DNA of 64,000 nucleotides, from positions 333,498,001-333,562,000 of the forward strand of contig OZ024742.1 in assembly GCA_964016885.1 (NCBI GenBank), written 5' to 3'. The DNA comes from Eledone cirrhosa (Eukaryota). The number at the start of each line of letters is the position of its first letter. The first letter of the stretch is position 1. This document shows, piece after piece, positions 1 to 11,042 of this stretch. Under the pieces are notes generated by a model that worked only from the letters and a program-made list of their open reading frames with translations, had not been told where the DNA came from and made no database searches. Made by a program: the position numbers and the translations under genes.

Positions 1-59
1 TTTCTCATTTTCGTTACTCTTATGATATTAGAAATGTTCACTACCTTTTTTGTCTTCAG

Positions 60-504
60 AGTCGTGAATCCATTTATTATCTGCGGCTCTGTTTCAGGTT
101 GTCTGTTATTTACTGTGCACATAGTTAATTCTCCATATACAGGAGATGGTTCATTTTCTTGACATAGAAGTTACGACCAAGTCGAGGCATGTTAAATAAT
201 TCATTTAGTGTTGTCAATGCCAGCCTGAATGAGTATGATGAAAGGGATCTTCCATGAAATACTGTGTTAATTGGGATGGACTCAGCATTTTTACATCCAT
301 GTTTCGCTTTTATCTGCGGAACTGCTGCCATGTACTCGTCACATGTGTGATGAATGTTTTTGTTGCTGGTTCTAATTTATTAATGGCTATTTTCCTAGCA
401 TATATCATGCTGAGGCTATGTTACTTTTTCTGAAGTTTTCTGTCATTGCGTTATTGATTAATAATTCATCCTTATAGTCATATGAACATTGCAGAATCAT
501 TCCT
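60..504 (-). pseudogene. Highly decayed R4/Dong-like reverse transcriptase fragment
   Basis: Minus-strand translation gives YDYKDELLINNAM, INTVFHGRSLSSYSFRLALTTLNELFN and KMNHLLYMEN. These align in order with GCKDELLVNKMI, INCGIFQGDSLSPLLFCIALIPLSKMLN and TINHLFYMDD of the Dong-B ORF in this window. Confidence 0.65.
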
Positions 505-530
505 GCCAGGGATTCTTAGGAATCCCTGGC

Positions 531-750
531 CCGGAAGGACACGCAACGTTTACCTCCCTGGAGGCCATGATGAAAGAGGTCGTGTGGTGCGCACATTTGA
601 AAGGATTGAAGACAAGAACTTTCCCTTTCAGCGACGATTAACTTTTACAGGTGAAGATAAAAATCAGTATAGAGAGCGAAGTGCTTCTGTCCAAACAAAT
701 TATTGAAAGGTGCATGAGGCAATGGGCTTGATCTGATTATGTATCACTAA
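531..750 (+). pseudogene. Highly decayed Tx1-like ORF2 C-terminal fragment
   Basis: PEGHATFTSLEAMMKEVVWCAHLKGLKT...ESEVLLSKQIIER aligns with REGQAVFICLVAMAKEIVWWTRLKGLKT...EKEVLSSQHFVER at 14210-14461. Confidence 0.7.
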
Positions 751-1005
751 ACTCAGCAGTGCCATATTTCTACGGTCACAAGCACTGCCAGAGACCCAGG
801 ACATATATTGAATCTCTGAGATTAACACCATTGCTAGAGAATCTTTACAAAAGTGAACAAATTATTATTATTATTATTATTGCTGTTGTTGTTCTTCTCA
901 CTATTATTATTATTATTATTTCGCTTTTGCATTATCGTTTCCACTTCAGACATATAAACAAACTGACCAATATGTCTGGTGACCCCAGATATCCAGTACC
1001 TGTCA

Positions 1006-1045
<40 letters not shown>

Positions 1046-1259
1046 GAATGCTATGGTTGACGGAGGCTCGGCTCTGTAAGGTATTGTAAATTTTGACCAC
1101 TATAACAATTGTAAATTGTTTAAAACTTTAACCAAATTGTAGACAAAAACACCCTCTTCCTCGTGAGAGGGGTCTTTCTACCCGTTATTTGGCCCTTCAG
1201 GGTTAAATAACCGCTTATTGGGGTTTTGTGCCCAATATTTATTTTAAACAAAAAAATAC

Positions 1260-3414
1260 ATGGCTACGAAAAAGAATTTCCATAGGTCACTCCCATTCAT
1301 TCCGTCTTTTTCTTCCTCAATCGTCACTACAGGAGAGAGAGGATTGTCTCTCTCCCTCCCTTCTCTAAATGTGTCTCTCTCCCTCCCTTCTCTAAATGTG
1401 TCTCTCTCGCTCCCTTCTCTTTCGCGAAGCCAGAAAAGAAAAATCACGTGCAAAGCGTGCAAGATTTCTCCACGACGACGACGACGACAACGACGAAAAA
1501 TGTGTGCGGGAAATACGAAAACCCATTTCATTCGTCTGACGTCATGCATAATAGCAGTAGCAGCCGTAATAACAGCAGCAGCAGCAACAGTGACAAGGAA
1601 AACAACAGTAGCAGCCGCAAAAGCATCAGCATCAGCATAAACAACAACAGCATTAGCAGCAACGGCAACAACAGCAGCAGCAGCAGCAGCAACAACAACC
1701 ACAGCAACAGCGGCAGTAGTCGTAGTACCTGCAGCAACAACAAAAGTAACAGCAGTTCTGACGACAACAATAACAACAACAACAGCAGCAAAGAAAAACC
1801 AATCTCATTTGCAGGTATCGCAAAGAACCTGGAAACCATCCTCATAACAAATGAGGAATTACAGGAAGCGAAGAAGATGGTGACGAAAACCGGACACCGA
1901 GCAATCTGCAAGGCAGCCGAAAAGTGTTTCGAAACCCAACAGCACTGTACGGTCACGTACCGTACAGTAAGCACAAAATCCCGTAGAGTTGAAAGAGCCA
2001 CAGAGGCTCAAATACAACAGGCCTTAGGGTCTGTCTGGCAGCGGAAAACGCATATCACGCGAGGCAAGATATATGCCACCCTAGACGTGCTTTTTGCCAC
2101 ACCCCAGGAGGCAAAGGCTCAATCCTTAGTGACCCTAAGGAGCGAGGAAATGGTGTTGGTGCCCTCCTACTGCGGGCAAAAAATTGTGAGGGACAAACTA
2201 ACCCACGTCCCACCCGGGCTGGCCCCTTCTTGGCTGGCCGCGTCTGTCCTCGTCGGAATCGAGGACAAAACAACTGTAAGTACAGAAAAAAGTAAGAGAA
2301 GATTGGGTCGGCACCTCCATTGAGATGTTAATCCAAACCAACCAGGAGTGCATCGAAGCTATCCAGGATGTGATAGACTTCGATAACGGCACTCAACTGC
2401 CCATAAGTGTTGAGAGCAAACGCCCGAAATGCTTTCACTGTGGATCGAAGACTCACCTCAGGGCCTTCTGCAACGAGATGACCCTGAGAAAGGAGAAAAC
2501 ACCCTCCTTCCGAAACCGGCTCAACGGCTACCAGCAACAGGACAAGCGGCAACCAGCAATGATAGGTCCGTGGCACCCATACCCACGCCAAGGAAATCAA
2601 GAACAGCAGCAGCTGTGGAAGTATTAACTACAACAACAGTAATACCAAATGCAGCTGCAACAGAGACTCCACTGTAAACATCACCACCAACAACAAGTGA
2701 AAGAGTGGAGCTGGTACCCCTGCGACCTCACAGAATCAGACATGGAGTGTGAGGGGGGAGAGGGATGGCAAAAAGTCGTAAGAAGGCACAAACGCAGAAG
2801 CAGCGCATCGTCGCCTTCGAAAAGGGGGGAAAGAAATGAAAAAAAAGGGTTAAGGCTACTGCAAAGAGACTCACAGGAGCAACACCAACAACATCATCAC
2901 CACCCACACTAGCACCACCATCACAACCGGCGACAACCCCACCGTCAACAACAACAACACCTTCAACACCACCACCACAAGCACCAACATCGCAAACACA
3001 ACAACAAAACACACACACTCAGCAACAACGACAAGAAAATAGCAGAACCACACCCCACCCCCAGAAAAACAAATGCACGGCAATAAATACACACAACAAG
3101 AAACTAATGACTTAATAATTGAACACACAGACATTTCACAGCACGACTAAATAATATCAGCACCAATCAAAACGCCAACTAACATAAGACTGCTAACAAT
3201 AGCACAGAAACAATACACAAACATTAAAACGAAATTCCCTAACGCAGTTGGTGATTTCAGAGACCTAGGAGGGACTCTCAACCGAAGAGTATATTCGGAC
3301 ATACTCATAGAAGAGCCGACGACCAGCCGAAGGGACGATTCAACGGTCCCTTCACCAGACGATCAAGTGAAAAGGGATGGAAAAACCATCCTTCCTCTAC
3401 GAAAAGCACGGTAA
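1260..3414 (+). pseudogene. Tx1 ORF1 (gag-like, CCHC zinc knuckle), frameshifted
   Basis: Starts MATKKNF; N/S-rich tract; knuckle CFHCGSKTHLRAFC; Pro/Thr-rich tail; several frameshifts and stops. Confidence 0.85.
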
Positions 3415-3449
3415 GTGGTCTTTCCCATCTTTTCCACTCTATTTTAAAC

Positions 3450-6400
3450 ATGACCTCACTCAGAATAGGTAGCATACATGCGCGTGGCTTGGGGTCGTCA
3501 TGGAAGCAGGGTCACCTGCTCAACGACCTCAGGTCACTAAACATAGCTGTAGTGGCCATCATCGAGACCAGAATCTCCGAAGCACGGGCCTTCGCACCAA
3601 TCTTCGGCGGCTACGATGAGTACGCATCTCCCAGCCGTCCTGGATCAGGGGGGAGGAGTTGCTGTGCTTCTTCGGAGAGGTTTGGATCTCGCCATACGGG
3701 CCATCTTCCTGGACTCAGAGCGTAAGTTGGTGGTGCTGGACGTGACCAGCGGAGACGGGCAAGCTTTCAGGCTAGTGGCCGTCTATGCCCCGACAGGAGC
3801 AAGGCGGCCTGACTTCTGCCGGCGTCTGGAGACCTTTCTTGGAACGTCCCGCTCTTTAGTGTTAGTGGGCGACTGGAACGGGATCTTAGATGCACTCTGG
3901 GACTGTGTGGGATTAGCGGATAGGGGTGGAGGGTGCAAGAGCCTCACCAACCTGCTCAGGCATTTTGAACTGTCTGACAGGTACCGATTGGATTTCCCGA
4001 ATGTGCCAATGTGGACTTGGACAAATCGCATATGGTCATCCAGATCATATCTAGAGAGAGTATTTTGTAGGGAAATAGATAGGTCTAGCATAGGCTGTCC
4101 ACAATTCAAGATAGTCAACTACACGGACCACAAATTCGTGATCTGTGTGCTTGACTTAGATAGGCTTCATAGACGAGGACCCGGCTACTGGAAGCTAAAC
4201 GCGTCCTTACCAGCGCGCAAGGCCTACAGAGACCGGATTAGCGAACTAGTTAAGCGGGCGTTGACGGGGGCCATCGTCAACAACAAGTGGTGGTTTGCTC
4301 TGAAAAGAGCGATTAGAATAGAATCGATTAGGTTTAGTAAGGCTTTAGCAATAGAGAAAAATAGAGCAGAGGGAGAACTAGTTAGAAAATTAGACGAGGC
4401 GCTTAGCAAAGACATTGCGACCGACGTGCTTGCGGCGAAAGGGCCCTTGACAAATTCTTCAATGCAAAGCACGAAGGCTGCGTTGTCAGAGCAAGGGTAC
4501 GTGCTCTCAGACACGAGGGGACGAAAGCCGTTCAATGGCTCCGAGTGGCGGAGGCGCGTCATGGCAACAAAGCCACGATCCGGTCTTTGGTGGACCACGA
4601 CGGGCGCATGTTACTCGATCCCGGGCAAATGTGTGAAGCTTTTAAGCAACACTTCGCTCAGCTGTTCGGGGGCAGCGGTGGGCCGGGTTGAGGGATGGAC
4701 TTTAGTGTCTACCTCGACGGACTGCCGCGGCTCTCGGCCACTGAGGCGAAGTGTTGCGAAAAGCCGATAACAGCCGCTGAAGTAAGGGAGGCAATGACTG
4801 GCTGCACAAGGGGTAAATCGCCTGGTTTGGATGGTCTGCCCTATGAACTTTACGTACAGATGCCAGACTTGTTCGGAGGCCTCTTGGCGGACGTCTACTG
4901 CAACTGGCAACAGAACGGGAGAATTCCCAGTTCTGTGAGCCGAGGAGCGGTGGCACTGCTGAGAAAGGATCCGAACAAGGGGGATAAGATAGATAATTTC
5001 CGGCCCATAACTCTGCTAAACACAGAGTTCAAGATTTTGGCCAAGGTGCTAGCAAAGAGGTTGATGCTTGGCGTTGGTGGTCTGGTGGGAGAGGCGCAGA
5101 CATGCGCCATTCCCGACAGATCCATCCACGACAACCTCCACCTCATGCGATACATCGTAGAGATGGTAGCTAGGGAACCTGGCACGGGTGGGTCCTTGAT
5201 AAATTTAGATCAGTCGAAAGCTTTCGATAGGGTCGACCATCGTTACCTAGCGGCAGTCCTGAGGGCGGCTGGCTTTGGGCCCGTCTTCAGAGGCTGGATC
5301 GCTGCTATGCACAGCGACATCTGCTCTGTAGTGAGAGTGAACGGTCACCTGTAGGAACCGTTCAACTTCATGCGCTCGGTCCGCTAAGGATGTCCCCTCT
5401 CGTCCCCCTTGTATGTATTGACTCTCGAGTCATTACTGCACAAACTGGAGACGTTGAGGGGCGTCCCGCGCGAACTAGGATGCGGAAGATCCGTGTCAGC
5501 ATATGCGGACGATGTCACCGTAGTTGTGTCGAACGCCAAACAAATCGAGGCGATCGGCACTACACTAAGAGAATACGAAGCGGTGACAAGAGCAATGATC
5601 AACCAGGAAAAGTCAGTGGGCCTGCAGCTCGGCACCTGGAGAGGCAGGTCCATGCCGTCCAACAGCGTCGTCGGACGCTGGGCAGACGGACCGGTTAAAG
5701 TGCTAGGGGTCTGGTTCGGTCCAGACCTCCAGACGGACAAAAACTGGGACGAGGTGACGAGCTGGATGGCTTCTCTCACCCAGAAATGGGCCGAGAGTAA
5801 GCTATCCCTGAAAGGTCGAGCGGAGGTGGCTCACGCGTACATCGCGTCTGTCACCTGCTACCGCCTGACCGTCGTACCTTGTCCTAAGCCTCGACTGACT
5901 GCACTGGAGCGTTTGCTCTTTCGCTTTTTGTGGAAGGGACGCGCTCCGATGGTCAGGCGGTCCATCTGTTGTCAACACCCGCTACGTGGAGGGCTGGGTA
6001 TGCCGTGGCTGATGATGCGCAGACACGCGCTCAGGCTACGACAATTCCACCTCTTCCTCGACGGTGATCAGGTGTGGTCGCCGATTGCAAGACACGTTTT
6101 TCCCCAGCTCGTCTCCTTGACGGAGTTGCAGTCCTGGGTCAAGCGAAGACCGAGAGGGAGCGCTTGGAGACTGGAATGTCTTCAGGCGCTCACAGCCCTC
6201 GACCAATCGGGCAATGTGATCGGTGGAAACTCCACCTTGGCGTTCTATAGGGGATTAGTGGAGGGGAAGAGCGACGACGTACTTGGAGAAACTCTAGGCG
6301 TCGACGAAAATCAACTAGCCAATCTCTTCGGAAGGACTTTCGGGCCGGGGCCTATGGACAACTTCCAGAAATCCCTGGCCTGGCAGTGCTACCGAGGAGT

Positions 6401-6505
6401 CTTGCCAGTTCTGATAAACTCTACAGGCATGGAGGTGCCGTCAGCCGGGCATGTCCGAGATGCGCGCAGGTCGATGAAACCGTCCTGCACGCACTCGCCC
6501 AGTGT
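3450..6505 (+). pseudogene. Tx1 ORF2 (APE endonuclease-RT), disrupted
   Basis: Motifs GDWN, TDH, GYWKLN, KSPGLDG, FRPITLLN, DQSKAFDRV and AYADD are split over several frames with stops. Confidence 0.9.
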
Positions 6506-6592
6506 CAGAAATGCCCATTTGTACCGTCCTGTATTGTCCTGTACTGTCCTTAATGTCTACTTTATGTGAACCCTTGTGGTTAATAAAGAAAA

Positions 6593-6647
<55 letters not shown>

Positions 6648-6669
6648 ATTATTAGTATTATTATTATTA

Positions 6670-7465
6670 CAGTTGCATTTATCTTGCTTTATTTTCATAC
6701 GAGTTATCACCAATTCACATCCAGTGACCTCAAGACACAGCAAGGTCCGCCATGTCCAAGAAAGAACATACATACACACATTTGCATATTTAGGTATTTA
6801 GACTTGAGATGTACTTATATTGACAGAATCTTCCTTAATATATGAGCAGTTCCCATTAGTACTATCTTTTGTTTTTTCTCCTATACGCGGGTTTCCTGGG
6901 ATTTGCAATAAGTAATCATTATACCACGTAGGTATCATTCCTAGAGCGCCTACAACCACTGGTATTGTTTTAGTTCTCAACTTCCAGATTTTTCCAATTT
7001 CTATCTCCAGGTTTTATACTTGCTCAATTTTTCAAATGTTTTTATAGATACATTCTTATCTATTGGAACAGGCATATCAATCAGCAGGCATACCCTCTTT
7101 TTAAAGTCCTTCAGTATGATATCAGGTCTATTTGCGTCTATTATTCGGTGTGTGTGGATGCTAAAGTTCAACAAGATTGAGATGTGAACTTTTTCAAGTA
7201 CGGAGGTTTTTGATGATACCACCAATTCCTTTGATGGGGCAGGTCAAAATGCTTCCACATTATCCAAAGTATATATTGTGCAGCTCTGTCATGCCTGTTT
7301 AACTATAGTACTGCACATTGAAATTATATCATCGATGGTCTCTGGTTGTTTTTTACATACACGGCATAATGGGGTGCATCCATTTTTTTATTATGTAGGT
7401 TTTATTTTGTTAGCAGTTACTGGTCTTGTGCTGATATAATCAATCCTTCAGTCTCCGATTTCAGT
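6670..7465 (-). mobile_element. Dong family B 3' fragment (3'UTR plus endonuclease domain), decayed
   Basis: Matches 19735-20538; encodes ANRPDIILKDF...LIDMPVP and IPVVVGALG. Confidence 0.9.
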
Positions 7466-8312
7466 TGGACAGTGTCAACAAGTACATCCAACTCCTCGCT
7501 CTTCCCAAAGAGTTTAAGATCGTCCATGAAGAGGAGGTGGTTGATGGTAAGCTCTCCTTTTCCCAACTTGTATCCTGCTCTCACTTTTCGCAATATAACG
7601 GTAAGGGTTATCAGTGCAAGGTCAAACAGCAGAGGGGACAAACTATCTCTCTGGAAGATACCTCTCTTGATCTTCACGCCTCCCAAGGATTCTCCACCCG
7701 ATGGTAACTCTGTTTCCCAGGACTTCACACTTTTTTTACTTTTGCTCAAAAACTGTCTGATGTTATCTGCCACCTTTAAGATCTCTAGGCTTTTGGTTAA
7801 CCAAGAATGAGGTACCATGTCAAATGCCTTTTTGTAATCTCCATCCCATGGCAAGACCAGTGGCCCTCCTCTTGCAATTCCTCATTAGCATATTATCAAT
7901 AAGTAACTGGTCTTTTGTACGATGGGACTTCTTTCGGCGTCCTCTCGGTTCGTCCGGTAACAAGTTGTTTATGTGCAGGTGATGATAGATTTCCTCAGAC
8001 ACAATGCTTGTTAACAGTTTCCACATTACGGACAGACATGTGATAGGCCTATAGTTGGTAGCATTATTACCCTTGATTCGGTCTTTCATTACCAGAACTG
8101 TGGTACCTTTTGTCAACCACTCTGGTACTTCACCCGACATCAAGCAGTCATTGAACATGGTTGTCAGTTTCGGGTGGAGAGATGTTATATTTTTAATCCA
8201 ATAGTCTTGCACACCATCTGAGCCTGGTGATTTCCAGCTAGCTAGTTTTTTGGCCTGCTCTTTAAGAGTGTCAACTGTGATACTCAAATCAGTCTGTTGT
8301 TGTGCCTGCTCA
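7466..8312 (-). mobile_element. Dong family A internal RT fragment, decayed
   Basis: Matches about 16225-17066; encodes WKSPGSDGV, NYRPITCL, GIFQRDSLSPLLF and HLLFMDD. Confidence 0.9.
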
Positions 8313-8315
8313 ATA

Positions 8316-8657
8316 AGGGTAGAGAGGGAAGTGCTCTCTTCCCAGCATTTTGTTGAAAGATGGGTGAGAGAAGCAAGTATGGCCCGAATGAATGGGCCTT
8401 CTCTGAGTATGTGTCTGTAAATTAAAGGTGGAAAACTGGGAGAGGGCACTTGCCCTGGTGGTCAGGGCCACTGTGGTCTTTTAATGGGCTTTCTCCACAA
8501 ATGTCCCTTGGAAGTCTCCCCCCTATTGGGGAATTTTTCTTTGTTATTTTATTTCAACCTCTGTTTTTTTACACGCAGAAATGCCCATTTGTACCGTCCT
8601 GTATTGTCCTGTCCTTAATGTCTACTTTATGTGAACCCTTGTGGTTAATAAAGAAAA

Positions 8658-8658
<1 letters not shown>
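8316..8658 (+). mobile_element. Tx1 3' terminal fragment
   Basis: Matches 42920-43265 (ORF2 end, 3'UTR, AATAAAGAAAAC) and is followed by (ATT)n. Confidence 0.9.
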
Positions 8659-8697
<39 letters not shown>

Positions 8698-8910
8698 GAA
8701 TGCCATGGTTGACGGAGGCTCGGCTCTGTAATGTATAGTAATTTTTAACCGTTAAAACAATTGTAAATTGTTTAAAACTTGAACCAAATTGTTGATAAAG
8801 ACACCCTCCTCCTCGTGAGAGGGGTCTTTCTGTCCGTTATTTGGCCCTTCGGGGTTAAATAACCAGTTATTGGGGTTTTGTACCCAAAATTTCATTTTAA
8901 ACAAAAAAAC

Positions 8911-11007
8911 ATGGCTACGAAAAAGAAATTTCATACGTCACTCCCACTCATTCCGTCTTCTTCTTCCTCAATCATCACTACAGCAGAGAGAAGATTGTCT
9001 CTCTCCCTCCCTTCTTTAAATGTGTCTCTCTCCCTCCCTTCTCTTTCGCAAGTGACGAAAGAAAAGAAAAGTCTCGTGCAAAGCGTGCAAGGTTTCTCCA
9101 CGACGACGACGACAGCGACGAAACAGGTGTGCGGGAAATACGAAAACCCAGTTCATTCGTCTGACGTCAGGAATAATAGCAGTAGCAGCCGTAATAACAA
9201 CAGCAACAGTGACAATGAAAACAACAGTAGCAGCCGCAACAGCATCACCAGCAGCATAAACAACAACAGCATTAGCAGCAGCAACACCAACAACAACCAC
9301 AGCAACAGCGGCGGAGGCAGTAGTCGTAGTACCTGCAGCAACAACAAAAGTACCAGCAGCTCTGACGACAACAACAACAGCAGAGAAAAACCAATCTCAT
9401 TTGCAGGTATTGCGAAAAACTTGGAAACAATCCTCATAACAAATGAGGAATTAGAGGAAGCGAAGAAGATGGTGACAAAGAACGGATACCGAGCAATCTG
9501 CAAGGCAGCGAAAAATTTTTTCGAAACCCAAGAGCACTGTACGGTCACGTACCGTACAGTAAGTACAAAATCCCGTAGGGTGGAAAGAGCCACAGAGGCC
9601 CAAATACAAAAAGCCTTGGGGTCTGTGTGGCAGAGGAAAACGCACATCACCCGGGGCAAAAAATACGCCACCGTAGACGTACTTTTTGCCACACCCCAGG
9701 AGGCAAAGGCCCAATCAGTAGTGACCCTAAGGAGCGAGGAAATGGTGTTGGTGCCCTCCTACTGCGGGCAAAAAATTGTGAGGGTCAAACTGACCCACGT
9801 CCCCCCCCGGAATGACCCCTTCTTGGCTGGCCGCGTCTGTCCTCGTCGGAATCGAGGACAAAACAACTGTACTGCAAGTACAGAAAAAAGTAAGAGAAGA
9901 TTGGGTCGGCTCCTCCATTGAGATGCTAATCCAAACCAACCAGGAGTGCATCGAAGCTATCCCGGATGTGATAGACTTCGATAACGGCACTCAACTGCCC
10001 ATAAGTGTTGAGGGCAAACGCCCGAAATGCTTTCGCTGTGGATCGAAGACTCACCTCAGGGCCTTCTGCAACGAGGAGACCCTGAGAAAGGAGAAAACCC
10101 CCTCCTTCCGAATCCGGCTCCACGGCTACCAGCAACAGGACAAGCGGCAACCAGGAACGATAGGTCCGTGACACCCATAGCCACTCCACGGAAATCAAAG
10201 ACACCAGCAGCAGTGGAAATATTAACAACAACAACAGCAATACCAAATGCAGCTGCAACAGAGACTCCAGTGCAAACATCACCAACAACAACAAGTGAAA
10301 GAGTGGAGCTGGTACCCCTCCCCGACCTTACAGAATCAGACATGGAGTGTGAGGTGGGAGAGGGATGGCAAAAGGTCGCAAGAAGGCACAAACGCAGAAG
10401 CAGCGCATCGTCGCCTTTGAAAAGGGAGGAAAGAAATGAGAAAAGTGTAAAGTCTACTGCAAAGAGACCCACAGCAGCAACACCACCAACACCATCACCA
10501 CCCACACCAGCACCACCATCACCACCGGCGACAACCCCACCGCCAACAACACCTTCAACACCACCACCACAAGCACCAACATCGCAAACACAACAACAAA
10601 ACACACACACCCAGCAACAACGACAAGAAAATAGCAGAACCACACCCCACCCCCAGAAAAACAAATGCACGGCAATAAACACACACAACAAGAAACTAAT
10701 GACTTACATAATTGAACACACAGACATTTCACAACAGGACTACATAATACCAGCACCAATCAAAACGCCAACTAACATAAGACTGCTAAAAATAGCACAG
10801 AAACAATACACAAACATTAAAACGAAATTCCCCAACGCAGTTGGTGATTTCAGGGACCTAGGAGGAACCATCAATCGAAGAGTATATTCAGACATTCTCT
10901 TAGAAGAGCCGACGACCAGCCGAAGGGACGATTCAACGGTCCCTTCACCAGACGATCAAGTGAAAAGGGATGTAAAAACCATCCCTCCTCTACCAAAAGT
11001 ACGGTAA
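8911..11007 (+). pseudogene. Tx1 ORF1 (zinc knuckle CFRCGSKTHLRAFC), two frameshifts at C-runs
   Basis: ORF pieces 8878-9921, 9812-10171 and 10027-11007 join at C-runs near 9801-9808 and 10098-10102. Confidence 0.88.
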
Positions 11008-11042
11008 GTGGTCTTTCCCATCTTTTCCACTCTATTTTAAAC

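Larger units (their letters stand above)
1046..6593 (+). mobile_element. Tx1-like (L1 clade) non-LTR retrotransposon, copy A1, degenerate, with a ~0.5 kb deletion near the 3' end
   Basis: Starts GAATGCTATGGTTGACGG after (ATT)n, as do the copies at 8698 and 43308. Ends AATAAAGAAAAC before (ATT)n. At ~6505 the ORF2 Zn-finger region is joined directly to the 3'UTR. Confidence 0.93.

Noticed and set aside
759-1079. ORFs with poly-Ile/Leu/Tyr/Asn runs here and at every spacer
   Set aside because: They are translations of (ATT)n microsatellites, not proteins.
8795-8880. HDV-like ribozyme in the Tx1 5'UTR (TCCTCGT resembles L3)
   Set aside because: I could not build P1, P1.1 and P3 in the required nested order; it reads as simple hairpins.
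11002-11010. GGTAAGT splice-donor-like motif at the ORF1 stop
   Set aside because: It overlaps the stop codon, copy A3 has GATAAGT instead, and there is no evidence of splicing.
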